Both the position numbers and the translations under genes were made by a program. A DNA stretch of 64,000 bases from an uncultured Actinomycetes bacterium (lineage in GTDB: Bacteria > Actinomycetota > Acidimicrobiia > Acidimicrobiales > JACCXE01), in assembly GCA_963769985.1 (NCBI GenBank), contig CAVYNR010000012.1, positions 162,135-226,134 on the forward strand, written 5' to 3'. Shown here one piece after another: positions 36,899 through 47,182 of the stretch. Below the pieces are notes generated by a model. It was not told the DNA's origin, made no database searches, and was given only the letters and a program-made list of their open reading frames with translations. Numbering within the stretch: position 1 is the stretch's first letter; every line of letters begins with the position of its first letter.

Positions 36899-37756
36899 AT
36901 GCCTGGTATCCGCATCGTCACCGACAGCGCGTGCGACCTGCCGCCCGCCAGCGCGACAGAGCACAACATCGACATCGTGCCGCTGTCGATCCGCTTCGGC
37001 GACACCGAATATGTCGACCGGCAGGACCTGAGCCCAAAGGAGTTTTGGGCCAAGACCGCTGAGTCCAAGGTGCTGCCCGAGACCGCCGCCCCGTCGCCCG
37101 GCGCCTTCGAAGAAGCGTTTCGCAACGCCGCCACCCAAGGAGCGACCGGCATCGTGTGCGTGTGCTTGTCCTCGGCGCTGTCGGCCACCTACCAGTCCGC
37201 CCAGCTCGCGGCCGAAGCGGTTAAGGATGCCATTGCGGTGCGCGTGATCGACGGCCGCAGCGCCACGATCGCCCAGGGCCTTCTCGCGATCGCCGGCTCG
37301 GAAGCGGCCGCCGCCGGCAAGTCCCTCGACGAAGTGGCGGCGGCGGTCGATGCAAAAGTCGCGAACATGCGGGTATTCGCGGCCCTCGACACCCTTGAGA
37401 ACTTGAAGAAGGGCGGCCGTATCGGCACGGCCAAAGCGCTGCTCGGTTCGATGTTGTCGGTGAAGCCGCTCATCCAAGTCGTCGACGGCGCCGTGGTCGA
37501 AGAGGGCAAGCAGCGCACTCGCGCCCGGTCGCTCGAGCACCTCATCGACCTCGCCAAACAAAACGGCGCCGCCAACGCCAAGCCCCTCGCAGTCATGCAC
37601 GGCGACGCGCCCGACATCGACAAGTTCGTCGACGACCTCTGCGCGGCGCTCGGTCGCACGCGGGACGGGATCATCGTCGGTGACGTCGGGGCGGTCATCG
37701 GCACACACGCAGGGCCGCGTGTCATCGGCGTCGCATGGGAAGAGGCGTCGAACTAG
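36899..37756 (+). CDS. DegV family fatty-acid-binding protein
   Basis: ATG 36899 after GGAGGA. IRIVTDSACDLP..., PETAAPSPGAF, SSALSATYQSA, GTHAGPRVIGVAW. Confidence 0.85.
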   Translation: MPGIRIVTDSACDLPPASATEHNIDIVPLSIRFGDTEYVDRQDLSPKEFWAKTAESKVLPETAAPSPGAFEEAFRNAATQGATGIVCVCLSSALSATYQSAQLAAEAVKDAIAVRVIDGRSATIAQGLLAIAGSEAAAAGKSLDEVAAAVDAKVANMRVFAALDTLENLKKGGRIGTAKALLGSMLSVKPLIQVVDGAVVEEGKQRTRARSLEHLIDLAKQNGAANAKPLAVMHGDAPDIDKFVDDLCAALGRTRDGIIVGDVGAVIGTHAGPRVIGVAWEEASN

Positions 37757-37801
37757 CGAGAACCGCTCTCCGCGGTCGGGCGCCAAATACCCTTAGAGAC
37801 C

Positions 37802-39048
37802 GTGCCCGGAGACGCCACCATCGTCACCGGTCGACGGATCGCCGATCGTTATCGGCTCGTCGCCGAACGCAGCGACGGCTGCTGGGATGCGGTCGACGAG
37901 ACGTTGAAGCGCAATGTGGTCGTCCAGTTGCTACCGGGTTTGGCCGATCCCGCGAAGAAGGCCCACTTCGCGGCGGAGGCCCGCGCCCTGGCCAGCCTGA
38001 ACCACCGCAACGTCGTGGCGACCTTCGACACCGGCGTCGACGGCGACGGCAGCACCTACCGCGTCGACGAACTCGCGGCCGGCCAGCCCCTCGACACGAG
38101 CGCGGTCGAAGATCACCTCCGCGTATCGTTCGCCACCCAAATCGCGCGCGCCATGGCCGACGCGCACGCGCGGGCTTGCCCACGGCAAGCTCAGCTCCGG
38201 CGACGTGCTGGTGAACGAAGAAGGGCGCGTCAAGGTCCGCGGATTGCGCCTGCCGTCGCCCAGCGACGTCGACGAACTGCGCCGGGTCGACCTGGAAGCG
38301 GTGATCAACCTCGCCGCCGCGCTCGCTCCGGCGTCCGAGCACCCGCTGCGCGAGATGGCGCTCGCGTGGCGCGGCACCGACAAGCCGGAGTCGGTCGCAG
38401 CGATCGTGTTGGCTCTGCTCACGGTCCCCGACGACGCCGACACCGAAGCACTGGTCGACCCGACGCCCACGCCGGCCACCGGCGTGCCCAAACCGCGGCG
38501 CAACCAGTCGGCGCTGATCGTGATTGCTCTCGTGACTATGGCGCTGGTCGCGCTGGCGATCACTGTCTTCCTGCCGGGTCGCGGGTCGCCAGGTTCGGTG
38601 AGCGGCCCGCTCGGCCCCGTCACCGTCGCGCGCGACATCGTTCGATCCCGAGGCCAACCCGCCGACGGAGAACGAAGCCACCGCGGCAAACGCGGTCGAC
38701 GGCAACCCCGCCACAACGTGGTCGACCGAGCGCTACCGCTCGGCCAACTTCGGCAACTTGAAAGACGGCGTCGGGCTCGTCCTTCGCGCCGACGCGGTGG
38801 TCGTGTTTAACGAGTTGCGCGTGCGCTCGGCCACCCGTGGGTGGACCTTCGACGTGTACGTCGCCGATCAGCCGGCGGCCACGCTCGGCGGCTGGGGTGA
38901 GCCCATCGCGCACAAGACGATCACCTCCGCCGACGAGCGCATCGCTCTTGGCGATGCGGGCGGCGGCGCTCTGCTCGTCTGGATCACCGACCCCGGCTCC
39001 ACCAACCAAGTGCGCATCGCCGAGCTCGACGTCCAGGGTCGCGTGTGA
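37802..39048 (+). pseudogene. membrane-anchored Ser/Thr pseudokinase with extracellular beta-sandwich-like domain (MurJ-associated type), two frame changes
   Basis: Kinase-like N-lobe (YRLVAERSDGCWDAVDETLKRNVVVQLL). Catalytic-loop position reads LAHGKLSSGDVLV (no HRD Asp). TM ALIVIALVTMALVALAITVFL. C-terminal ANAVDGNPATTWSTERY...VRIAELDVQG. Junctions ~38170 and ~38640. Confidence 0.65.
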
Positions 39049-39596
39049 CCGAACGGACGGCGCCGGTCGACGATTCCAGCGCGGTCGCGGCAGCCCAAGG
39101 CGGCGATACCCGAGCGCTCGACCGTTTGCTGCGCGACCACTACGACCGCCTGTTCGCGGTGTGTCGCCGCCTCACCGGCAACGACACGGACGCGGCGGAC
39201 GCGTGTCAGGAGGCGCTCATCGCGATCGTTCGCGCGTTGCCCAAGTTCGACGGCCGCAGCCGCTTCGGCACGTGGGCGTACCGCATCGCCGTGAACGCCA
39301 GCCTCGACGAACTGCGGCGCCGGCGGCGCCGTCCCCGACCGAACGACTTGACCTCCGACCGCTCCGACGTGGCCGACACCGCGCCCGAAATCAGTACGAC
39401 GATCGCCGACCGACTCGTCCTTGACGCCGCCCTGGCCACGCTTTCACCGGAATTCCGCGCCGCGGTCGTGCTGCGTGATGTGGCCGGGCTCGACTACGCC
39501 GAGATCGCCGCCGCGCTCGACATTCCGCCCGGAACAGTCCGTAGCCGCATTGCTCGTGGGCGGGCGGCGCTGGCCGAACAATTGGGCAACGCGTGA
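39045..39596 (+). CDS. ECF-type RNA polymerase sigma factor (SigM-like by position upstream of trxB)
   Basis: Region 2 ACQEALIAIVRALPKFDGRSRFGTWAYRIAVNASLDELRRR. Region 4 LRDVAGLDYAEIAAALDIPPGTVRSRIARGR. GTGA overlap with the previous gene. Confidence 0.85.
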   Translation: MTERTAPVDDSSAVAAAQGGDTRALDRLLRDHYDRLFAVCRRLTGNDTDAADACQEALIAIVRALPKFDGRSRFGTWAYRIAVNASLDELRRRRRRPRPNDLTSDRSDVADTAPEISTTIADRLVLDAALATLSPEFRAAVVLRDVAGLDYAEIAAALDIPPGTVRSRIARGRAALAEQLGNA

Positions 39597-39641
39597 TGAC
39601 CAGGAACCGGCAACGGGTCGGGCGACGTCAAAGGAGACGCC

Positions 39642-40397
39642 ATGGCACACGCCCCTGACGACGAGCTACTGAGCGCATTGCTCGACGGCGAGTCCGCGCC
39701 CGGCGACGTCAGCCACGTCTCGACCTGCGACGTCTGCCAAGCGCGACTAGCCGATCTCCGGCGTGTCGCCGCCACGGTGGCGACACCGGTGGCGATGCCC
39801 CCAGGCCACGTGCGCGAGGCCGCGCTGACCGAGGCGGCACTGGCGACGGGAACAACGCGTCGGCGTCGCACCAGCATCACCCCGATCGGTCGTCGCGCGG
39901 CCGGGCGCCGGCGCACCAGTCCGCTTTCGGCCGCCGCCGCCCTGCTCGTGGCGGTCCTCGCCGGTGGTTGGGCGCTGAGCGCGATCGGCAACGGCGGTGG
40001 CACCACCGACAACCTGGCGACGAGCGCTGATACCGAGGCGGCCAGCGCGCTGCCCAACATCGGTTCCGCGTTCGCGGCGGACGATGCCGGCAGTGGCGCG
40101 AGCTTCGCTCCCTTGGACGGCGGCGATCTCGGCGCGGTCGACGACATCGCCGTGGTCGAAGCGAGCTACGAAGCCGCCGGCACCCAACGCGGCAAGTCCG
40201 CCGCGACCTCGAACGTCGAATGCCCCGTGCCCGAAGGAACCACGATGCTCTTCCACGCGGCGCTCACCTATCGCGGCGAGCCCGCGGAAGCGCACGTCGT
40301 CGAAGCAACTGACGCGACGCGGTCTACACGGATTCTGCGGGCGGCGGACTGCTCGTTGATCGTGAGCCGAGACTTCGCACCCACCAGCCAGCGCTAA
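39642..40397 (+). CDS. anti-sigma factor (zf-HC2-like N-terminus, single TM)
   Basis: LLSALLDGESAPGDVSHVSTCDVCQARLADL, then TM LSAAAALLVAVLAGGWAL. Located directly after the ECF sigma gene. Confidence 0.65.
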   Translation: MAHAPDDELLSALLDGESAPGDVSHVSTCDVCQARLADLRRVAATVATPVAMPPGHVREAALTEAALATGTTRRRRTSITPIGRRAAGRRRTSPLSAAAALLVAVLAGGWALSAIGNGGGTTDNLATSADTEAASALPNIGSAFAADDAGSGASFAPLDGGDLGAVDDIAVVEASYEAAGTQRGKSAATSNVECPVPEGTTMLFHAALTYRGEPAEAHVVEATDATRSTRILRAADCSLIVSRDFAPTSQR

Positions 40398-40686
40398 GCG
40401 CGGCCACGGCCGAGGCCACCCACCGCAGCCCGGCGATCAGCGCGAAGTCGTTACCGGCGTCGATCCACGCCGCCCACGTGAGTCCGGCGCCGGCGGCGGC
40501 CGCGGCCACCACCACGAGGAACCAGTCGCTGCTCTTGCCGGCGGTGATCGCCGCTTCGGCGACGGCGAGGCCGAACAACACGCCGGCCACGATCGCCATG
40601 ACGCCGCGCAGCTCGTACTCGCCCAGGATCAGACCGCCGAGCGCACCAACAACAACAGCCGCGATTGCTCCAAGGACGACGCGCAT
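40324..40686 (-). CDS. hypothetical four-helix membrane protein
   Basis: Start taken at MRVVLGAIAAVVVGALGGLILG. 3' end overlaps the anti-sigma gene by 74 nt (convergent), so one of the two ends may be affected by an undetected frame error. Confidence 0.45.
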   Translation of the reverse strand: MRVVLGAIAAVVVGALGGLILGEYELRGVMAIVAGVLFGLAVAEAAITAGKSSDWFLVVVAAAAAGAGLTWAAWIDAGNDFALIAGLRWVASAVAALSAGWWVRSLGSRSTSSPPPAESV

Positions 40687-40733
40687 GGCGCAGGGTACCC
40701 CCGTGCCGTCACGCGGAAGTAGCGTCACCGCCC

Positions 40734-41035
40734 ATGACTGCCCCGGGCTCGGCGCGCCCAGACGACTGGATCACGCACCTTCTCGACAAGCTCGACGAGG
40801 TCATCGAGTTGGTCCGCAGCAAGACCACCGAACCCCTCGCCAAGGTGGCGCGCTACCTCGTCTACCTCATCCTGTTCGCCGTCGTGGGAATGACGCTGCT
40901 CACGCTGGCGCTGATCATGCTCGTGCGTGTTCTTGAGTACATCCCCGGTCCGATGTGGACCGCATATGCCGGCGTCGCGGTCCTGGCGACGTTGTCGGGC
41001 ACGTTCTTCTGGCGAAAGGCGATCAGAGGCACCCG

Positions 41036-41039
<4 letters not shown>
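40734..41039 (+). CDS. hypothetical membrane protein
   Basis: MTAPGSARPDDWITHLLDKLDEVIELVRSKTTEPLAKVARYLVYLILFAVVGMTLLTLALIML... Its stop overlaps the trxB ATG (ATGA). Confidence 0.5.
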
Positions 41040-41994
<955 letters not shown>

Positions 41995-42077
41995 AACCCG
42001 CGGGGAATGCGTCGTGGGCACGAGTCGTTACAGCACCCACCGGGTACGATTCCCGAGAACGCCGTAGGAGGCCCCAC

Positions 42078-42405
42078 GTGTCCGACAACATCCTCGCTCT
42101 AACCGACGCCACCTTCGACGAGACGTTGGTGGGCGCCGAAACCCCAGTGCTGGTGGACTTCTGGGCGGAATGGTGCGGGCCGTGCAAGACGATCGCCCCC
42201 ATCCTCGAACAGATCGCCGACAGAGCGTTCAGGCTCGATTCAGATCGCCAAACTGAACGTCGACGACAACCTCGCCACGCAGGCGCGCTTCGACGTAATG
42301 AGCATCCCTACGTTGATCCTGTTCAAGGGCGGCGAGCCGATCCTTCGTCTCGTCGGCGCCAAGGGCAAGGGTCAGCTGCTCGAGGAGCTCGACCGATACC
42401 TCTAG
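42078..42405 (+). pseudogene. trxA: thioredoxin, one frame change as sequenced
   Basis: GTG 42078 after [54 protein letters not shown] | [60 protein letters not shown]-stop 42403-42405. Junction ~42221. Confidence 0.9.
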
Positions 42406-42441
42406 GAGCCGCAGGCGAGGCGACCAATACGCGGCCTTGGC

Positions 42442-43397
42442 CTGAACGCACCGGCCTGCCTCTTTCGCTGGAGCACGGGGGCGGCGGTCGCTGACCTGCA
42501 ACGCCGCCTGTTAGCGCAGGGTCTGCCCGTTGCCGGCGAGGACGCCTCGTTCGGTCCTGCCACCGAGGCCGCGGTCCGCTCGTTCCAGGAGCGCCGCGGG
42601 CCTTATCGTCGACGGGAGTCTGCGGCGAGCAGACCTGGGCCAGCCTCGTCGAGGCCGGCTACCGGCTCGGGGACCGCTTGCTCTACCTGCGTACGCCCTA
42701 TCTGCGCGGCGACGACGTCGTCGACTTGCAGCGACGGCTCAGCGCGCTTGGTTTCGACGCCGGGCGGGTCGACGGCATGTTCGGCCTCGACACCGATCGG
42801 GCGTTGCGAGCCTTCCAACGCAACGCCGGGCTTGCCGTCGACGGCATCTGCGGCACCAAGACCGTCCTAAGCCTGCACCGCCTGCGCTCGAAGGGCCCCG
42901 AATCGGATCCGGCGGCGGTGCGCGAGTCCGTGCGATGGTCCACGGCACCCGCCACGCCTGACGGATCGGCGCGTCGCGCTGGGCGAACCGGCGGGCTTGG
43001 GGGCCTTCCTACGAGAGGTGCAGCGGACGCTCACCGCGCAGGGCGCCATCGTAACGTTATTATCGCACCCGCGAGCCGACCGTCCTGGCTGCCCAGGCCA
43101 ACGCCGCCGGCAGCGCAGGTGTACGTCGGGTTCGCGTTAGCTCGGCCGGCCACGGATGCCGCGCCGTCGTACTGGGGCGCGCACGGGACGATCTCCCCTG
43201 CCGGGCGCCGGCTGGCAGGGCTCGTGCTCGACGAGCTGTCGATCAGCGGCGCCGGTACCGACGGACCCCCGGTGCCGATGGCCACGCCGATCTTGCGCGA
43301 GACCCGGATGCCGGCGGTGATGGTCGAGCTCGGACCGCCGCGTTTCGTGGTCGAACGCGCCGCCGTCGCGGCTCAGCGGCGATCGGTCGTGGAGTGA
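42442..43397 (+). pseudogene. cwlM: CwlM-like N-acetylmuramoyl-L-alanine amidase homologue (two PG-binding repeats + amidase_3), at least five frame changes
   Basis: [18 protein letters not shown]...AVRSFQERRG | LIVDG | CGEQTWASLVEAGYRLGDRLLYLRTPYLRGDDVVDLQRRLSALGFDAGRVDGMFG...FQRNAGLAVDGICG...VRES | ..LTDRRVALGEPAGLGAFLREVQRTLTAQGAIVTLLSHP | EPTVLAAQANAAG | VYVGFAL...ILRETRMPAVMVELGP. 5' end uncertain. Confidence 0.7.
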
Positions 43398-43469
43398 GCC
43401 GGTGGGCCGATCAGCCCTGCCTCGATCTGACGTAGAGACTTCTCCGGTCGGGTGCAACGCCTGCGATAG

Positions 43470-43502
43470 TTGCCCACAGACTTCCCCACAGCCTGTGGAA
43501 CG
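43470..43502. promoter_or_regulatory. three DnaA-box-like 9-mers in the cwlM/parB convergent spacer
   Basis: TTGCCCACA (43470-43478), TTCCCCACA (43482-43490), TGTGGAACG (43494-43502, reverse complement CGTTCCACA). The last two form the palindrome CCACAG-C-CTGTGG (43486-43498). Confidence 0.4.
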
Positions 43503-43517
43503 CGTGTCTAGGCAACC

Positions 43518-44445
43518 TCAACCCTCAATCAAGGCCGGATTTTCGGGCTCGTTGGCGCGCTCGGTGATGCGCCGGTAGATGCGTTCGAGGTCCTCGAGGT
43601 CGGCAAATTCGATCACGACCCGGCCTTTGCTCTTGCCCATGTCGACCGACACGCGTGTGTCGAGCAGTTCAGCTAGCAGCTCTTCGAGTTCGCGGAATCC
43701 GGGCGGCCGGAGCCGCTTGGGTCGGGGCCGTCTCCGACGGCCCTGCGCCCTCGCCCTCGTCGCCCGTCTGTTGCTCGCCCCGGGCGCGTACCGCGTCTTC
43801 GACGGCGCGCACGCTGAGCGACTCCGCCACCGCCCGTTTGGCCAGCGCTTCCTGGAAGGTGCGATCCGGCGTACCGAACAGCGCCCGGGCGTGGCCGGCC
43901 GCCAGCTGCCCGTCGGCCACCATGCGTTGCACGCTCGGCGGCAATTGGAAAAGCCGCAGTGTATTGGTGATCGCGGCCCGGCTCTTGCCCATTCGGGTGG
44001 CGAGTTCGTCGTGCGTGAGCTGAAAGTCCTCGATCAGCTGCTGATACGCCGCCGCTTCCTCGAGCGGGTTGAGATCTGACGGTGCAGGTTCTCGACCAGT
44101 GCCTGCTCGAGCGAGTGCGTATCGGTGGTGGTCTTGACGATCGCGGGGATCGAAACCATGCCCGGCCCGTTTGGCGGCGCGCCAGCGCCGCTCGCCGGCG
44201 ATCAGCTCGTAGCGGTCGCCCTCCGATCGGCGCGCACGAGAATTGGCTGCAGAACCCCCAATTCGCGCACGGACGCGGTTAACGAGGCCAGAGACTCCTC
44301 GTCGAAGTGCTTGCGGGGCTGCAAGCGGTTCGGTTCGACGTGGTCAACGGCCAAGTCAATGAGGCTCGCACCCCGATCGACGGTTACATCCGTGGGGATG
44401 AGGGACGACAGTCCCCTTCCCAAGCCGCTAGGCGCGCGCCACCAC
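43518..44445 (-). pseudogene. parB: chromosome partitioning protein ParB, about five frame changes as sequenced
   Basis: V(V)ARA | SGLGRGLSSLIPT...VEPNRLQPRKHFDEESLASLTASVRELGVLQPILVR... | GDRYELIAGERRWRAAKRAG | VSIPAIVKTTTDTHSLEQALVENLHRQ | DLNPLEEAAAYQQLIEDFQLTHDELATRMGKSRAAITNTLRL... | RLRPPGFRELEELLAELLDTRVSVDMGKSKGRVVIEF...stop 43520-43518. Confidence 0.85.
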
Positions 44446-45526
44446 TGACCTCCTTGGCCAATTCTCGGTACGCCACGGCGCCCCGAGACGTCGGATCGAA
44501 CGTGAGAATTGGTTGTCCGAACGATGGTGCCTCGGACAATCGCACCGTGCGGGGAATGACCATCCGGCACACCTTCTCGCCGAAGTGCTCACGAACCTCG
44601 TTGGCCACTTGTTCGGCCAGTTTGGTGCGCGAGTCGTACATCGTGAGCACGATCGCACTGATTTCGAGCTTCGGATTCAAGTTGCCCGTCACCAGATTGA
44701 CGTTCTTGAGCAGCTGCCCGAGGCCTTCCAGGGCGTAGTACTCGCACTGAATCGGCACAATTACCTCGTTTGCCGCCGCCAGACCGTTCACGGTGATGAG
44801 ACCAAGCGACGGCGGACAGTCGATGATCGTGAAGTCAAAGGCGTCGTCAAGGCCTTCAATCGCTCGGCGTAGCCGCAGCTCGCGGCTAAATGCCGGTACC
44901 AGCTCGATGTCGGCGCCTGCGAGGTCGATCGTGGCCGGCGCGACGAAGAGATTGCGCACCGCCGTCGGCTCGATGCAGTCGTCGAGCGCCACATCGTGCA
45001 GCAGCACGTCGTAGATCGACGTCTCGAGGTTGCGGGAGTTGATGCCCAGGCCAGTCGTAGCGTTTCCCTGCGGGTCAAGATCGATGACCAGCACACGGAA
45101 CCCGAGTTCGGCCAACCCGGCACCCAGGTTGACGGTGGTCGTGGTCTTGCCGACACCGCCTTTCTGGTTCGCGATCGCTACGACACGGGGGAGTGGGCGC
45201 AACGACGCCGGGTGCGGACTGCGCTCGCCAGGGGCTACAGGGGTGGGAGCGGGCGCAGGCGCCTCCGCCGCAACGACGTTCGCAGCCGCCGCCTCGACAA
45301 TTTCGGCAACGGTTGGGGGATCAGGCACAACTGTTTGTGCCTCCTGAGCAGGCACTTCGTCAACAAGCGTCGGCTCTTCGAGCTGCGCCTCCACCAGATC
45401 TTCGGCCGCCGCTTCGAGCTGCTTCGGCGGGCTCCTGTCCGACTTCGTTGGGCGTTTCCGGGGCTCCCCCACGCAGCCGTTCGAAGATCGCTTGGCCGCG
45501 TCGAAGAATGTCCGGTTCAGGAGCAC
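44384..45526 (-). CDS. parA: chromosome partitioning ATPase ParA (Soj) with long acidic/Pro-rich N-terminal extension
   Basis: VVAIANQKGGVGKTTTTVNLGAGLA (deviant Walker A), VIDLDPQGNAT, IIDCPPSLG. The true stop is probably ~44430 (..AKEVSGGA), because one extra base there removes a TAG and extends the ORF to 44384. Start (GTG 45526) uncertain. Confidence 0.85.
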   Translation of the reverse strand: MLLNRTFFDAAKRSSNGCVGEPRKRPTKSDRSPPKQLEAAAEDLVEAQLEEPTLVDEVPAQEAQTVVPDPPTVAEIVEAAAANVVAAEAPAPAPTPVAPGERSPHPASLRPLPRVVAIANQKGGVGKTTTTVNLGAGLAELGFRVLVIDLDPQGNATTGLGINSRNLETSIYDVLLHDVALDDCIEPTAVRNLFVAPATIDLAGADIELVPAFSRELRLRRAIEGLDDAFDFTIIDCPPSLGLITVNGLAAANEVIVPIQCEYYALEGLGQLLKNVNLVTGNLNPKLEISAIVLTMYDSRTKLAEQVANEVREHFGEKVCRMVIPRTVRLSEAPSFGQPILTFDPTSRGAVAYRELAKEVSGGARLAAWEGDCRPSSPRM

Positions 45527-45577
45527 TCATGCGGCGCCATGCTCGCCCCTTTCTCCAAGGTCAAGGACTAACCTCGA

Positions 45578-45593
45578 TGTTTAACGTGAAACA
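45578..45593. promoter_or_regulatory. parS centromere-like site
   Basis: TGTTTAACGTGAAACA differs at one position from the parS consensus TGTTTCACGTGAAACA. It is followed by a half-site repeat TGTGAAACG. Lies in the rsmG-parA spacer. Confidence 0.75.
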
Positions 45594-45624
45594 TGTGAAA
45601 CGCCCTGGTCAGCGGCGTAATCAG

Positions 45625-46238
45625 TTAGAACAGGGGCGATTTAGCGGCGACGCCGATCCGCCGCGGGAATCTGTCAGGGCATGGCTCAATTTGCTCTAGC
45701 ACCTGCAGCGTCGCCGTCGGAGCAAAGAGTACCGATCCCCGCTGCATGCCGAGCTTGGCGAGGCCCTCGCTCGGCCAGCGGTCGGCATCGCCGCCCGGCG
45801 GCTCCGCGATAACAACTTTACCGCCGAGCCGTAGCAGTGGCGCCGCGTACTCCGCCGCGACCGCGGGAGCTGCGAGCGACCGAGCGACGACGACATCGAC
45901 CGAACGCGCCCAACGCTGATCGGCGGCCATAGCCTCAGCACGGGCTTCTACAACTTCGGCCACCAACTGGAGTTCGGCCACCGCCTCGGCCACGAACGCC
46001 GCCCGCTTGACCATGGCGTCGACCAAGACCCACGTGAGATCCGTGCGCCACGCCGCCAGTGCCAACCCGGGCACGCCACCGCCGGTGCCGAGGTCGACCA
46101 CGATCGCATCGGTGCCCACCGCGGCAGGGCGGGCAGGTACGCGCGGGCGTGCGATAGGTGGTCTTCAACCGGGCCTGGGCCAAGAAACCCCAGGTCACGG
46201 GCCCTTTTTAGGACCCGAAGGAGCGCTTCGTCAGCCAA
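45625..46238 (-). pseudogene. rsmG: 16S rRNA (guanine527-N7)-methyltransferase RsmG (GidB), one frame change
   Basis: TTG 46238. ADEALLRVLKRARDLGFLGPGPVEDHLSHARAYLPALP | VGTDAIVVDLGTGGGVPGLALA...VVARSLA...GGKVVIAE. Junction ~46122. Confidence 0.8.
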
Positions 46239-47176
46239 CCGCGAGAGGCCGGACGACGACCCGACGACGCGGCTCCTCGCCCTCCGACAGACGTCTCGAT
46301 GCCCTCGATCGGCGTCAGCACGTCGTGCACGACTTTGCGGTCCGCCGGAGGCATCGGGTCGAGACGCACGGCCACGCCGCCAGTGGTGACCTGCTCGGCC
46401 ACCTGCATGGCGAATTTCTCGAGTGCGGCGCGGCGCTTCACGCGGTATTCGGCCACGTCGACGATCACCCAGCCCTCGCGCATACCGGTCTCGCGCAGCA
46501 CCGCGGTGCGGGTGAGATCCTGAATCGCCTGCAGAGTGGCGCCGCGGGGTCCGACCAGCAACCCGAGGTCCTCGCCGTCGACCGCCACCTCAACGGCCGA
46601 GTCGTTCACCGAACGCACCCCCACCGTGGCCTGAAACCCGAACGCGTCGAGCAGCCCGTTCAGAAAAGTGACAGCTACCTGTCCCTGGGCTTCCAACGAC
46701 TCAACCGACACTGGCTCTCCTCGACTCGACTCACCGTCGGACCGCCGTGGCCGACGTTCTGTGCTGGTACTGCGCCCGCGTCCACCGCGGCTCGATCCCG
46801 CGCCGTTGCGCCCGTTGCGGCTCCGAGTAGGGCGTTCGCGGACGGGCTGGGGATCGGCAATCGCATCGGCGATGGCGCCGGCGACAACGGGATCCTTGGC
46901 GCCGGTGGCAACGGCACGGGTCTGAGCCTCGGCGTCGCGGGGGGCCGCGGCGGACGACTCCCGTTTGGTGCGGCGCTTGCCGCTGTCCTTCGACCGCGGC
47001 GCCATGGGCCGCACTCGGGCGCGCACGCGCGCCTCGCCGCGGACGCGGCCGAACAAGCCGGCCTTGGGCTCGTCGAGTACCTCGAACTCCGCTTCCTCAG
47101 CGTCGACACCCAGCTGGTCGAGGGCCAGTTCCTTGGCCTCTTCGACAGTTTTTCCAGTGTTTTCTACCCATTCCAT
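46231..47176 (-). pseudogene. jag: Jag/KhpB-type R3H RNA-binding protein, frame change near the 3' end
   Basis: MEWVENTGKTVEEAKELALDQLGVDAEEAEFEVLDEPKAGLFGRVRGEARVRA (Jag_N), KH-like LGLLVGPRGATLQAIQDL, R3H-like PMPPADRKVVHDVL. After ~46288 the tail reads SEGEEPRRRVVVRPLAVG-stop (46233-46231), overlapping the rsmG TTG. Confidence 0.8.
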
Positions 47177-47182
47177 GGGTTG

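Noticed and set aside
35310-37031. 573-aa plus-strand ORF
   Set aside because: It is an alternative frame of murJ with an Arg/Pro/Gly-rich, non-protein-like composition. The murJ frame carries the recognisable motifs.
40324-40397. 74-nt convergent overlap between the anti-sigma gene and the 40324..40686 membrane-protein gene, considered as a possible antisense regulatory arrangement
   Set aside because: Given the density of frame errors in this region, a mis-placed stop in one of the two genes is the simpler explanation.
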